Assembly (NCBI GenBank): GCA_965226495.1
Contig: OZ245365.1
Coordinates: forward strand, 4,288,001 to 4,352,000
DNA: 64,000 nt
Reading direction: 5' to 3'
Source of the DNA: Candidatus Marinacidobacterales bacterium
GTDB lineage: Bacteria > Acidobacteriota > Vicinamibacteria > Marinacidobacterales > DATDRI01
Under the pieces are notes generated by a model. It had not been told where the DNA came from. It did no database searches and saw nothing but the letters and a program-made list of their open reading frames with translations. A program made the translations under genes and the position numbers. Shown here one piece after another: positions 1 to 9,627 of this stretch (its first letter is position 1; the number at the start of each line of letters is the position of its first letter).

Positions 1-297
1 GTCCGCGAAATAGGCCAGTGTGCACGCGTGGAGTGGATCTCCTGCATGGGAAAAACCGGAATGGATTATATCACAACGATCGACACTCACTACCTCACGA
101 CTCTCCTTCTCGAAGAACGTGAGCTCGATCTCGGTTCCAACCTCTAGACTTCCACCAAATTTCGAGCGAGGTCGCCGCGCGCCTTTGGCACGGCCCTGGA
201 TCTTCCCATGCTGGCGGGTCAGGAAGACGACCAGTTTATCCGCCTCACCGACTCGATAGGTGCGAAGAACGAGCGCTTCGCTGTGACGAACGGGCAT
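1..297 (-). CDS. recO: DNA repair protein RecO (5' part; runs off window edge)
   Basis: Manual translation from ATG at 297: MPVRHSEALVLRTYRVGEADKLVVFLTRQHGKIQGRAKGARRPRSKFGGSLE, the typical RecO N-terminal OB fold; lies downstream of mgtE/era. Not in the ORF track. Confidence 0.92.
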   Translation of the reverse strand, partial: MPVRHSEALVLRTYRVGEADKLVVFLTRQHGKIQGRAKGARRPRSKFGGSLEVGTEIELTFFEKESREVVSVDRCDIIHSGFSHAGDPLHACTLAYFAD

Positions 298-304
298 GAC
301 TCGC

Positions 305-1666
305 TCAGACGAAGCGCCCGAGAAAGTACGCTCCAAACCCGAGGAAAAACAAGAATCCGAAGACATCCGTGGCGGTGGTGACGAAAACCGAGGATGCTAG
401 GGCGGGATCCACGTTGAGCGCACGCAACGCCAGGGGAACGAGCGTTCCCATTACCGCCGCTACCAGAAGGTTTCCTACCATGGCCAGGCCGAGGACCAAA
501 CCGAGCACCGGGCTGCCTTTCCAGAAGAAAGCGACCAAGGCCACCAGCACCCCGATCACGATTCCGTTGATGAGACCGACCAGCATCTCCTTGACCAGCG
601 CCTTCCGGCTGTTCGACCAACTCAGCTCCCCCAGAGCCATCCCGCGAACCATGACGGTCAGCGTTTGGGTGCCAGCGTTGCCCCCCAGAAGCGGCACGAT
701 GGGCATGAAGACGGCAAGGACGGCGAATTGCTGAATGGCGCCTTCGAAGAGACTCACTACGAGCGCAGCCAGGAAAGCCGTAGCCAGGTTGACCGCAAGC
801 CATGGAATCCGCATCCGGACCGAGGTCCGGGGTGAACTGAACACTCTTTCATGGACGTCCAAGCCAGCTAAGCGATAAATGTCCTCGGTGGCCTCTTCTT
901 TGATGACGTCGATGACATCATCAACGGTAATCAGCCCGACCAGCTTGTTTTCCTCGTCCACGACGGGCATGGCCAAGATGTTGTACGAATCGACGAGCCG
1001 GGCAACGTCTTCCTGGTCGGTGTCGGTCCGGACGCTGATGACGGCCGGGACCATGATGTCCTTGAGCCGCCTCTCGGGCCGCTTGAGCAAGAGCTGGCGC
1101 AGAGAGAGGACACCCACCAGGTGGTTCCTATCGTCCACCAGATATATATAGAAGGCCATCTCCACCTCACCCATAGTTTGGAGCCGGGTGATGGCCTCGC
1201 CTACCGTGGTGTCCTCGGGCAACGAGAACACGTTCGGGTTCATGATACGGCCGGCGGTCTGCTCTGGATGCTGGAGTAGGTCCTGAACTTCTGCGGCGTC
1301 TTTCTGCCGCATGGCACCGAGGATCTCCTCCCGGAGCTCCGCCGGGAGATAGCCTACGAACTCTGCCGCATCGTCCGGATCCAGCTCCTGGAGAAGCTTC
1401 GAGATCTCCTCGGGCGACATGTCGAGCAGCAGCTCGGCACCGCGGTCGACGCCCAGCTCGGAAAGGGCTTCGCTGGCTAGACTGAGATCCCTTTGAACGA
1501 GAAGCTCGAAGGTAGACTTACGGAAATTTTCGTGAAGCTCGCCGAGGAGCTCAGCGATGTCCGAGGGGTGGAGCTTGCTCAGGATGTTGTAGGCGTTGGG
1601 TGTAGCACCACGCCCCACGAGCTTCCGGACCGTCTCGGCGAGTAGAGGGGTCTTGGTCAGAGGCAT
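305..1666 (-). CDS. mgtE: Magnesium transporter MgtE
   Basis: MgtE_N helical repeats, CBS pair (TAGRIM..., MPVVDEENKLVGLITVDD), TM motifs RIPWL, GGNAGTQ, DPALASSVFVTTATDV; start moved to MPLTKTP. Confidence 0.95.
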   Translation of the reverse strand: MPLTKTPLLAETVRKLVGRGATPNAYNILSKLHPSDIAELLGELHENFRKSTFELLVQRDLSLASEALSELGVDRGAELLLDMSPEEISKLLQELDPDDAAEFVGYLPAELREEILGAMRQKDAAEVQDLLQHPEQTAGRIMNPNVFSLPEDTTVGEAITRLQTMGEVEMAFYIYLVDDRNHLVGVLSLRQLLLKRPERRLKDIMVPAVISVRTDTDQEDVARLVDSYNILAMPVVDEENKLVGLITVDDVIDVIKEEATEDIYRLAGLDVHERVFSSPRTSVRMRIPWLAVNLATAFLAALVVSLFEGAIQQFAVLAVFMPIVPLLGGNAGTQTLTVMVRGMALGELSWSNSRKALVKEMLVGLINGIVIGVLVALVAFFWKGSPVLGLVLGLAMVGNLLVAAVMGTLVPLALRALNVDPALASSVFVTTATDVFGFLFFLGFGAYFLGRFV

Positions 1667-1817
1667 CGATACAACCCGATGGGAGGCATTCAGACATGAG
1701 CGCGCCAGTTTACCATACAGGGTAGGGCTTGGCCAACTTTGGTGGCCCCTATGCCGCTCTTCTTGTATGATGAAATCACTCTTCCGACAATTCTTGTTTC
1801 CCGGTAACGGAGTAACC

Positions 1818-2822
1818 GTGATCGATTCCTGGCGCAAGCAGCTCGACTCCCCGTGGCTCGGCCCGATATTGGGCGTGCTAGCCGGTCTGACGTACGGACT
1901 CGTCGCCCGATTTGCCTTCTCGATCTCTGCGATCATGGGCGTCTGGGGAATCATGACCCTGGGCTTCATCTTCTGGCTCCCCATGGCTCTCGGCGCATTG
2001 ACTGTTTTCATCGCGCAGAGGAAAGCCGAGAGGACGTGGGTCGTTTCGATCTTCCTGCCCTGGGTACCGGCACTGCTAGGTATCGGGTCCGCCGTACTTT
2101 TGGGCTGGGAGGGAACGATTTGCGTCGTCATGGCGTTGCCGGTTTATCTGCTCATGGCCAGTCTGGGTGGATATCTCGTTTGGCTCGGAACACGCCACAT
2201 TCTCCCGTCGGCCCCCAACACCGTTCTGGTGGCAACGCTCGCCCTCTTGCCCTTCCTCTCCGCGCAAATTGAGCAGAACTTCGAGCTGCCCATTGCGCAC
2301 CGGCAGGTAGAGACCGAGATCCTGATCGAGGCCTCCCCGTCGAGTGTTTGGCAAAACATCATTCGGGTACCAGCCATCGAGGATAACGAGCAACGCACTC
2401 TCTCGTTTCATGTGCTGGGATTTCCTAAGCCCATCGAGGCCACTCTCAGCCACGAGGGAGTCGGAGGTATCCGACACGCGAGCTTCGAGGGTGGACTGGT
2501 CTTCGTCGAGACGATCACGGTGTGGGAGCCCGAGAGGGAGCTGGCCTTCGGGATTCAGGTCGATCCGGAGATGGTTCCCGCAACGACATTGGATGAGCAC
2601 GTGGTGGTCGGTGGGCCTTTCTTCGAGACGCTGGACGGCCGCTACCGCATCGAGCCCATGGAGGATGGCGGAGTCCTACTTCACCTGGAGAGTACGCACC
2701 GCCTATCTACACGCTTCAACTTCTACTCCCGCTGGTGGAGCGATCTAATAATGAGGGATATCCAGAACTACATTCTGGTGATCCTCAAGAAGCGGTGTGA
2801 GGAGCAGGAGCGAGGAATCTGA
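1818..2822 (+). CDS. Membrane protein with N-terminal TM helices and C-terminal SRPBCC/polyketide-cyclase-like domain
   Basis: Several hydrophobic segments including 'EGTICVVMALP', then 'VETEILIEASPSSVWQNI...GFPKP...GVGGIR'; GTG start after GGAG. Confidence 0.7.
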   Translation: MIDSWRKQLDSPWLGPILGVLAGLTYGLVARFAFSISAIMGVWGIMTLGFIFWLPMALGALTVFIAQRKAERTWVVSIFLPWVPALLGIGSAVLLGWEGTICVVMALPVYLLMASLGGYLVWLGTRHILPSAPNTVLVATLALLPFLSAQIEQNFELPIAHRQVETEILIEASPSSVWQNIIRVPAIEDNEQRTLSFHVLGFPKPIEATLSHEGVGGIRHASFEGGLVFVETITVWEPERELAFGIQVDPEMVPATTLDEHVVVGGPFFETLDGRYRIEPMEDGGVLLHLESTHRLSTRFNFYSRWWSDLIMRDIQNYILVILKKRCEEQERGI

Positions 2823-2832
2823 GTATTCACAA

Positions 2833-3138
2833 TTAAGCGCCCACCCGTTCGAGCGGTCGAACTTCGCGCTGAATCTTCGCCGATTTCTTTCTCTCGGTTT
2901 CCTCCAGGTCGTAGTCCATTTGGAGCCCAAGCCAGAAGCGGCTCGACGTCCCAAAGTAGCGCGACAACCGGAGGGCCGTATCCGGTGTCACCGAACGCTT
3001 CCCCAACACGATTTCGTTGATCCGCCTCGGTGGAACACTGATTTCCCTCGCTAGACGGTTCTGGCTAATCCCCAGGGGCTCAAGAAACTCCTCCAACAGC
3101 ACCTCACCAGGATGTACATTCGGCAACTTCTTCGCCAT
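2833..3138 (-). CDS. higA: HigA-family antitoxin (HTH), orphan
   Basis: HPGEVLLEEFLEPLGISQNRLAREISVPPRRINEIVLGKRSVTPDTALRLSRYFGTSSRFWLGLQ signature. Confidence 0.93.
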   Translation of the reverse strand: MAKKLPNVHPGEVLLEEFLEPLGISQNRLAREISVPPRRINEIVLGKRSVTPDTALRLSRYFGTSSRFWLGLQMDYDLEETERKKSAKIQREVRPLERVGA

Positions 3139-3150
3139 ATTCAACCCCTA

Positions 3151-3180
3151 TTATCGATGATAGTCGACGATCTCGTCATA
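3151..3180 (-). pseudogene. C-terminal remnant of a HigB toxin gene
   Basis: Minus strand reads TAT GAC GAG ATC GTC GAC TAT CAT CGA TAA = YDEIVDYHR*, the typical HigB C-terminus, immediately upstream of higA; no upstream coding region. Confidence 0.7.
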
Positions 3181-3195
3181 TAACGTCAACCGTTA
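3181..3195. promoter_or_regulatory. Palindromic operator TAACG-N5-CGTTA (putative HigA box)
   Basis: Perfect inverted repeat directly upstream of the higB remnant and higA. Confidence 0.55.
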
Positions 3196-3200
3196 CAAAA

Positions 3201-3253
3201 TCACTCGGTCCGGGCCGAGTCCTGAAGCAAGCGACTGGGCCCGGACGGAGTGA
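3201..3253. repeat. 21-bp inverted repeat hairpin (REP-like)
   Basis: tcactcggtccgggccgagtc ... gactgggcccggacggagtga; 2 mismatches in 21 bp. Confidence 0.55.
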
Positions 3254-3498
3254 CTCGCCACGATGCCCTAGAACGTCACCCCCCAGACCGCCGTCTGGCT
3301 CGCTTCAGACTGGCAACTCCGTTGAATAACGGCCGAAACTGGGCGGGTAGCGGCGCGTCCGGACAAGTTACGCCCACAGCACTCTAGAAACCCGTACTTC
3401 TACGGATAGACCTGACCCTCGCGATCGAGTAAAAGAAGCCACGGTCGGGGACCGGCCATGGCAACCCCGTGACCGACAACCCAAAGAAAGAGAACCAA

Positions 3499-4948
3499 AT
3501 GAGGAAGAGGCTCTTTGTTAGATCTATTTTGGTTGCGGTGCTATGCGTCGGGGGCGTGGGTTTTGACCGGACACCCGCAGCAACCCGAAGTTCCCGAGCC
3601 TCCCGAGATCGAGGGTTTCGATTTCGAGAAAGATCCCGACATGTTTAAAGCCGTCGCCACCGGCGGCGTGCCGATGGGTCGTTGGAAGGAAGGTCTGCTT
3701 TTCGACGGCATCGAGCCCATGCCGTGGCTCGCCAGTGCCGCCAACTGGTTTCCCGGCACCGAAGAGGTACAACCCGAGGAGATCCGCGTGACCTTCATGG
3801 GTACCGCGCCGATGATCCGACCCGGCCAGATGAACACCTCGGTTTTTGTCGAACTGGGTAATGGCGACAGCTTGATCTTCGACATCGGCGAGGGCTCGGT
3901 CCCCAACTACATCGCCGCCGGCATTCCCCTCAACAAGATCAACGACATCTTCATCACCCACTTGCATGTCGACCACTTCGGATCGCTTCCGTACGTCTAT
4001 GCGTTCGGAGCCTGGTCCGGGCGATGGCACGAGCCACTGCGCGTGTACGGCGCGTCAGGGCGAGGTCCGGAGGACGGGATCTCCCACATGATCAAGGGCA
4101 TGAAGATGATGATGAAGTGGCACATCGACGCCTTCAGCGTCTTTCCGATCAGCGAAGGCTGGGATATCGAAGTCAACGAGTTCGACTTCCAAGACGACGG
4201 TGGCGTCATCTACGACAAGAACGGCGCCAAAGTCACGCATTGGCGACGTTCGCATGCCAAGGACGGCGCCTCCGGCTATCGACTCGACTGGAACGACATG
4301 TGCGTCGTTTGGACCGGCGACGGCCGCCCCTCGGAGCTCGACATCAAGTACGCCAAAGGCTGCGATCTCTACATTACCGAGACCCAGGCTGAGTTGATGT
4401 CGATCAGCTCGGGCGTGGCAGGCGTTCCGCCATTCGTCGGTCGCTACACGATCGACACCCACCATACGCCGACCTATGCGCTGGGCTATTTGTGCAACAA
4501 GATTCAACCTCGACTCTGCATGAGCACCCACATGCAGCACGATCCCTACCAGGACGCCGAGGTCATCGCCGAGGTCCGGGAACACTGGGATGGACCCTAC
4601 CATCCGGGAGCTCCGGACATGGTGGTCGTCAACATGACCAAAGACAAAATTTGGGCGCGCGACGGGGTCATTGCCGACTATCCCAACAACAAGGCACCGA
4701 ATGCCGACCTCGCGATCGAGAGGTTCGGTGGCCTCATCGTGCCGAAACCGCAGTACTCGAGAGCAGACCTTCAGGAGCAGTTCATCCGCGATGCCCAGAT
4801 CGATCCGAAGCTGTACTATCCCGAGGGCTATATGCCTCACCTGATGGAGGAGTGGCCGACCGACAAGGACCTGTACCTTCCGGAGCCACTCGTTCCCGAT
4901 TCGATGAAACCGCAAACGCTGAAGAAGAGGAGGGCGGAGAGTCAGTAG
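3499..4948 (+). CDS. MBL-fold metallo-hydrolase, RNase Z/AtsA-like (GntH-like); signal peptide out of frame
   Basis: THLHVDH motif, GDG, HH; ATG at 3499 encodes the signal-like MRKRLFVRSILVAVLCVGGVG in a different frame from the main ORF 3515-4948. Confidence 0.8.
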
Positions 4949-5041
4949 CTCGCAGCCGGACGGGTCACCGAGAATCAATTTCCTATTCGACGATACGGCC
5001 CGTTCGGCTAATCATTTGCGACATAAGGGAAGGAAGAAACG

Positions 5042-6481
5042 ATGCACGCATCCACAGCTCAGCCAAGTTGGTCGGTGAGCAGCATGACGGCGTGGTGTGC
5101 GCTAGTGTTGCTCTCGTCAGTAACGACAGCGGGCGTTGGGACGGCTCAACCTGCCAAACCCAACATCGTCTACATCTTGGTCGACAATTGGGGATGGGGA
5201 GATATCCGGATCCAGGGTGGATCGGTGCCAACTCCCCGAATCGACGAGCTGGCGGGCGAAGGCCTGCGCATGACCAACTTCAACGTTGAAAGCCAGTGCG
5301 TCCCGACACGCTCGGCGATCATGACCGGGCGGCTGCCGATTCGCTCGGGAACCCAAAGCGTGACGTACGGGCTTCCCTACGGTATGGCGCCGTGGGAGGT
5401 CACCCTGCCGGAGCTACTCTCGGACGCCGGTTACTCCACCGCGGCGTTCGGCAAGTGGCACCTTGGCGACATCGAGGGCCGTCTGCCGACCGACCAGGGG
5501 TTCGACGTCTGGTTCGGTATCAAGAACACGACCGACGAGGCCGGCTACTCATCGACGCCGCAATACGATCCCGCAGTGGTCCCGCCGCCCTACATTTGGG
5601 AAGCAGTCAAAGGTCAACCCGCTGAGAAGGTACGGCCCTTGGATCTCGATACTCGCAAGACCCTCGATCGTGAGATCGTCGTGCGGTCCGAGGCCTTCAT
5701 CGCCGAGCAGGCGCGCGGCGCCAAGCCGTTCTTCCTGTACACGTCGCTGACCCAGATCCACCCCCCACTCGGCCATCATCCGGATTTCGACAACGCCTCG
5801 CGGGTCGGCATCTATGGGGATATCATCATGGAAGTGGATTACAACGTGGGGCGGATCTTGGATGCGCTCGAGGAAGCGGGCGTAGCAGCCAACACCATCG
5901 TGATCCTCTCCGGGGACAACGGCGCCGTGACCGACGGGATCGGCGGTGGGTCGACCGGACCCTGGCGCGGCGGCTTCACCGGCTACGAAGGTGGGCTGCG
6001 GACGGTCGGCATGATCCGCTGGCCGGCCCAAATCGAGCCCGGCCGTGTTTCGGATGAGATCTTCGCTGCGCTCGACTGGATGCCAACGCTCGCTCACTTG
6101 ATTGGCGAGGAAGCTCGGATTCCAGACGATCGTCCGATCGACGGGATCAATCAGGCCGACTTCATCCTCGGTAAGCAGCAACACTCTAACCGAGAGCACG
6201 TCCTGTGCTACATCGGATCGGATCTCGTCTCCGTCAAATGGCGGAGCTTCAAGATCCACCTGAAGACCTACGAGAGCCTCTGGGCCCCGGCACAGGAGTA
6301 TCAGTTCCCGCCGGTGTACGACGTGGCCAACGATCCGGGAGAGGCGAACAATCTGATGAAGTTTTCGCTTTTCTCCCACTCTTGGGTCTACGGCCCGATG
6401 GGTAGAATTCTGGGTGAGAAGGCGAGGAGTATGGCCGAGTACCCGAACATCAAGCCGGGCGAGGAGTTCGACGGGTACTAG
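5042..6481 (+). CDS. Secreted arylsulfatase (Cys-type formylglycine sulfatase)
   Basis: KPNIVYILVDN, CVPTRS (CxPxR), GKWHLG, DNG motifs; N-terminal signal peptide. Confidence 0.93.
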   Translation: MHASTAQPSWSVSSMTAWCALVLLSSVTTAGVGTAQPAKPNIVYILVDNWGWGDIRIQGGSVPTPRIDELAGEGLRMTNFNVESQCVPTRSAIMTGRLPIRSGTQSVTYGLPYGMAPWEVTLPELLSDAGYSTAAFGKWHLGDIEGRLPTDQGFDVWFGIKNTTDEAGYSSTPQYDPAVVPPPYIWEAVKGQPAEKVRPLDLDTRKTLDREIVVRSEAFIAEQARGAKPFFLYTSLTQIHPPLGHHPDFDNASRVGIYGDIIMEVDYNVGRILDALEEAGVAANTIVILSGDNGAVTDGIGGGSTGPWRGGFTGYEGGLRTVGMIRWPAQIEPGRVSDEIFAALDWMPTLAHLIGEEARIPDDRPIDGINQADFILGKQQHSNREHVLCYIGSDLVSVKWRSFKIHLKTYESLWAPAQEYQFPPVYDVANDPGEANNLMKFSLFSHSWVYGPMGRILGEKARSMAEYPNIKPGEEFDGY

Positions 6482-6894
6482 GACACTCCCGGGGCGCCGA
6501 CTTATCGATCACCAGGTTCGGAGGCATGCTGGTCCCGGAACCTCCATACTGGCAAAGGGGGCTGCGGCGTTAGGACGCGTCGCGTGTCCGACGCCAGCTC
6601 CCTTCGGCCCCCCCCAACCCTTCCTCGAACTAGTGGAGTGTGGTGGCCTGCGATGCGGCAGCGAAACAAACTCGCAAAAACACTTGACAGGTTTTGCCAG
6701 GCCATTTTGGAAAACGACTAGCCACTAACGTAGATACCTTCCGGAAACCGGAAGCTCCCCTCTCCCGTCCTGTCTCAATGATTGACTTCTTTCTTTTGTC
6801 TCTACGCGTTTGCTTCCGTCTGACGCCGGATGAGACCGCATAAATACTCGTTGCTATATTGTGAGAAGGACTATCGAAAGAGGGGGCAACGGCC

Positions 6895-7995
6895 ATGATC
6901 GACAGATTAAGAAAATACTTCGAGACACTTGAAGGTCTCTCAACCGAAGAGCTCGACCACTCGGCCGAAAGACTGGTCCGCGCCGAGAAACGAAACGTGG
7001 CGCTCGTCATCGCTCACATCGCGGAGATGTCGAGAAGAAAGGGCCATCTCGAGCGCGGCTACCAGAATCTGTTCGACTATTGCACTACGCGCCTGAAGCT
7101 GAGCGAAGGCTCGGTCGCGCGGCGGATTCAGGTGGCCAACGTCGCAGTGCGTTTCCCTCAGATACTCGTTGCGTTGGCTGAAAACCGGGTGAGCCTCACC
7201 GTCGCCGGTCTCCTCGCGCCCGTCCTCAAAGACAACAACGTGGACAAGCTTATCAGCGATTGCACCGGAATGACCAAACGCGAAGCCGAGGAGCACCTCG
7301 TCGCGCTCCGGCCAAAGCCCGTCTTTGCGGCCTCGATTCGCAAGACACCTTCTCGGCCGGACAAAGCTCCGGTGGTCCAGGAGACTACCGGCCCGTGGCA
7401 CGCTCCCCAAGTGTCGCCGAGTATCCTCGAGCCGGCGAGGCCGGAGCTCTTCAATTTCCGCTTCTCGGCCGACCGGAAGTTCAAAGAGAAGTTCGAGCGT
7501 CTAGCGGAAGTCCTCGGGGTCGGGAACCCCTCGCAACACATGGCCGAGATCATGGAGCAAGCTCTGGACATCGCGCTAGACAAAAAGGATGTGAAGAGAA
7601 AGCGAGCACGACGGCTCGAAAGAGAGGCAAGGGGAACTGCCGGGTCTCCCAAAGAAAAACCTTGCCCGGGCGAGGTTTTCGCGAAATCCCGCTACATCCC
7701 TTCAGAGGTTCGCGAGCACGTCCACGAGAGGGCTGGTCATCAATGTGAATATGAAGGTCAGGACGGGACCCGGTGTCGTTCGCGAACCGGACTCCAAATC
7801 GAGCACCTGCGGCCCTTCGCTTTGTATCGCTGCCACGACGAGAGACTTCTCCAGCTTCTCTGCCCTCCGCACAATCGTTTGAGAGCTGAGCGGACCTTTG
7901 GTGCCGCGTTCATCCAAGGGAAGATCGAGGCCTCTCGGCGGAGGCGCTCGCCGAGACCTCAGGCTCCCTTGGACACTTTGCCTTTGCCCGAATAG
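6895..7995 (+). CDS. DUF222-like N-terminal domain plus C-terminal HNH endonuclease
   Basis: GYQNLFDYCTTRLKLSEGSVARRIQVA N-terminal motif; RYIPSEVR...QCEY...RC...LQIEH...LLCPPHN HNH-type C-terminus; RBS AGAGGGGG. Confidence 0.8.
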   Translation: MIDRLRKYFETLEGLSTEELDHSAERLVRAEKRNVALVIAHIAEMSRRKGHLERGYQNLFDYCTTRLKLSEGSVARRIQVANVAVRFPQILVALAENRVSLTVAGLLAPVLKDNNVDKLISDCTGMTKREAEEHLVALRPKPVFAASIRKTPSRPDKAPVVQETTGPWHAPQVSPSILEPARPELFNFRFSADRKFKEKFERLAEVLGVGNPSQHMAEIMEQALDIALDKKDVKRKRARRLEREARGTAGSPKEKPCPGEVFAKSRYIPSEVREHVHERAGHQCEYEGQDGTRCRSRTGLQIEHLRPFALYRCHDERLLQLLCPPHNRLRAERTFGAAFIQGKIEASRRRRSPRPQAPLDTLPLPE

Positions 7996-8023
7996 CACCG
8001 GTGTTCCGGACCCCTCCCCCGGC

Positions 8024-8063
8024 TTGACATGTGATTTTGATGAAAGCATACTAATCACATGTC
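8024..8063 (+). promoter_or_regulatory. sigma70 promoter of leaderless vapBC with overlapping inverted-repeat operator
   Basis: TTGACA (8024-8029), 17 bp, CATACT (8047-8052), ATG 6 nt later; inverted repeat GACATGTGATT (8026-8036) / AATCACATGTC (8053-8063). Confidence 0.8.
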
Positions 8064-8289
8064 TACCATGATTCAGATACGCAACGTACCTGACAAGATC
8101 CACCGGACGCTCAAATCGCGGGCGGCACTGGCGGGGATGTCGATGTCGGAGTACATCCTTCAAGAGCTCAAGAAGTCACTGGAGCGGCCAACTCGCGAGG
8201 AACTGCTCGACCGGCTCGCGGCGTTGCCGGAGCCTAAGCTCCGTCCCTCGCCGGCCGAGTTGATCCGTGCCGAACGAGATCGGCGGTGA
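8059..8289 (+). CDS. Ribbon-helix-helix antitoxin (FitA/VapB-like)
   Basis: IQIRNVPDKIHRTLKSRAALAGMSMSEYI RHH signature; GTGA overlap with the PIN toxin gene. Confidence 0.88.
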   Translation: MSTMIQIRNVPDKIHRTLKSRAALAGMSMSEYILQELKKSLERPTREELLDRLAALPEPKLRPSPAELIRAERDRR

Positions 8290-8681
8290 TCGTCCTCGAC
8301 GCCTCGGTAGCAGTGGAGCTCCTACTGAATACGCGGCTCGGCAAGAAACTGGCCAAGCGTCTTCGGTCTCCTGACGTGTCGCTCCATGCTCCCCACCTCA
8401 TCGATCTCGAAGTAGCGCAGACGCTTCGTAGATACGTTGCGGACCGCACGCTCGCCGAAGAAGAGGGTCGGCTCGCCTTGCAGCACCTCGCAATGCTTGA
8501 CCTGCACCGTTACCCACACGATTCCTTGCTTCGACGCATCTGGGGCTTGAGAGATAACTTGACCGCCTATGACGGAGCATACGTCGCTTTGGCCGAAGCG
8601 CTGGGAGCTACACTGGTGACTGCCGATGGCCGCCTGGCAAGAGCACCAGGGCTCAAGGCTGACGTCGAACTACTAAAGTGA
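8286..8681 (+). CDS. vapC: VapC PIN-domain toxin
   Basis: IVLDASVAVE, DLEV, NLTAYDGAYVALAEALGATLVTADGRL. Confidence 0.92.
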   Translation: MIVLDASVAVELLLNTRLGKKLAKRLRSPDVSLHAPHLIDLEVAQTLRRYVADRTLAEEEGRLALQHLAMLDLHRYPHDSLLRRIWGLRDNLTAYDGAYVALAEALGATLVTADGRLARAPGLKADVELLK

Positions 8682-8690
8682 AAGGAAGAC

Positions 8691-8710
8691 AATCTCGTCC
8701 GGGCGAGATT
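8691..8710. terminator. Hairpin between convergent vapC and era
   Basis: aatctcg-tccggg-cgagatt inverted repeat. Confidence 0.4.
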
Positions 8711-8727
8711 GCCGGGAAAAAAGCGGT

Positions 8728-9618
8728 TTAATTGCGGGGGGGATCCATGCCCAGCTCCGTTAGCATCCGGCGATTCTCCCGCCAATGCTCGCGCACCTTG
8801 ACATGAAGTCCGAGGTAGACGTGCGTGTTGAGGAATTGTTCCAGATCCACGCGGGCTGAGGAGCCGATCTTCTTCAGCATGCTGCCCTGTTTCCCCACCA
8901 GAATACCCTTCTGCGAGTCCCGTTCAACCAGAATGGAGGCCTCGATGCGAATGAGCTCTTCTCCGTCTTCCCACGAATCGATCCGTACCGCGGTCGCGTA
9001 GGGAACCTCCTCCCGTATGAAAAGGATTATCTTCTCGCGAACGATTTCGGAGGCGAAGAACCTCTCGGGCTGATCGGTCAACGTGTCCTCGGGAAAAAGA
9101 GGCGGCCCCTCCGGCAAGTGCTGTTCGAAGAGCTCGACTAGGCGGTCCACGTTGTCTCCGGTCAGGGCGGAGATGGGAACGATTTCGGTGAAGTCGTGGG
9201 ATTTCCGGTAGTTCTCTATGACCGGGAGCACATCCGTCTTCGGGACTTGATCCACTTTGTTAATGACCAAGAACAGTGGAACCCGGACCTTCTTCATGAG
9301 CTCTAGCACATATCGATCGCCACCGCCGAAAGACTGCGTAATGTCTATCATCAGAGCGACGAGATCCACACGGCTGAGGCTGGAGACGGCGCTTTTCACC
9401 ATCAGTCGGTTCATCTGATGCTGGGGCTTGTGGATGCCGGGGGTATCGAAGAACACGATCTGACCGCGGGACGTATTGGCGACGGCCAGAATGCGATTGC
9501 GAGTGGTTTGAGGTCTGGGAGTAACGATGGCGACCTTTTGGCCCACGACTCGATTGATGAGCGTGGACTTCCCGACGTTGGGGCGCCCGACGACACTAAC
9601 GAATCCGCTATGTGACAA
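8728..9618 (-). CDS. era: GTPase Era
   Basis: GRPNVGKS, PQTTR, DTPG, NKVD, KH domain with SQKGILVGKQG. Confidence 0.97.
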   Translation of the reverse strand: MSHSGFVSVVGRPNVGKSTLINRVVGQKVAIVTPRPQTTRNRILAVANTSRGQIVFFDTPGIHKPQHQMNRLMVKSAVSSLSRVDLVALMIDITQSFGGGDRYVLELMKKVRVPLFLVINKVDQVPKTDVLPVIENYRKSHDFTEIVPISALTGDNVDRLVELFEQHLPEGPPLFPEDTLTDQPERFFASEIVREKIILFIREEVPYATAVRIDSWEDGEELIRIEASILVERDSQKGILVGKQGSMLKKIGSSARVDLEQFLNTHVYLGLHVKVREHWRENRRMLTELGMDPPRN

Positions 9619-9627
9619 CGAAAGATC

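Noticed and set aside
1667-2131. Long N-terminal extension of MgtE in the ORF track
   Set aside because: Overlaps the plus-strand membrane protein; MgtE similarity begins at MPLTK (1666).
3499-4948. Guanitoxin-type biosynthetic cluster suggested by the GntH-like hydrolase
   Set aside because: No other gnt-like genes nearby; the arylsulfatase neighbour suggests a general hydrolase role.
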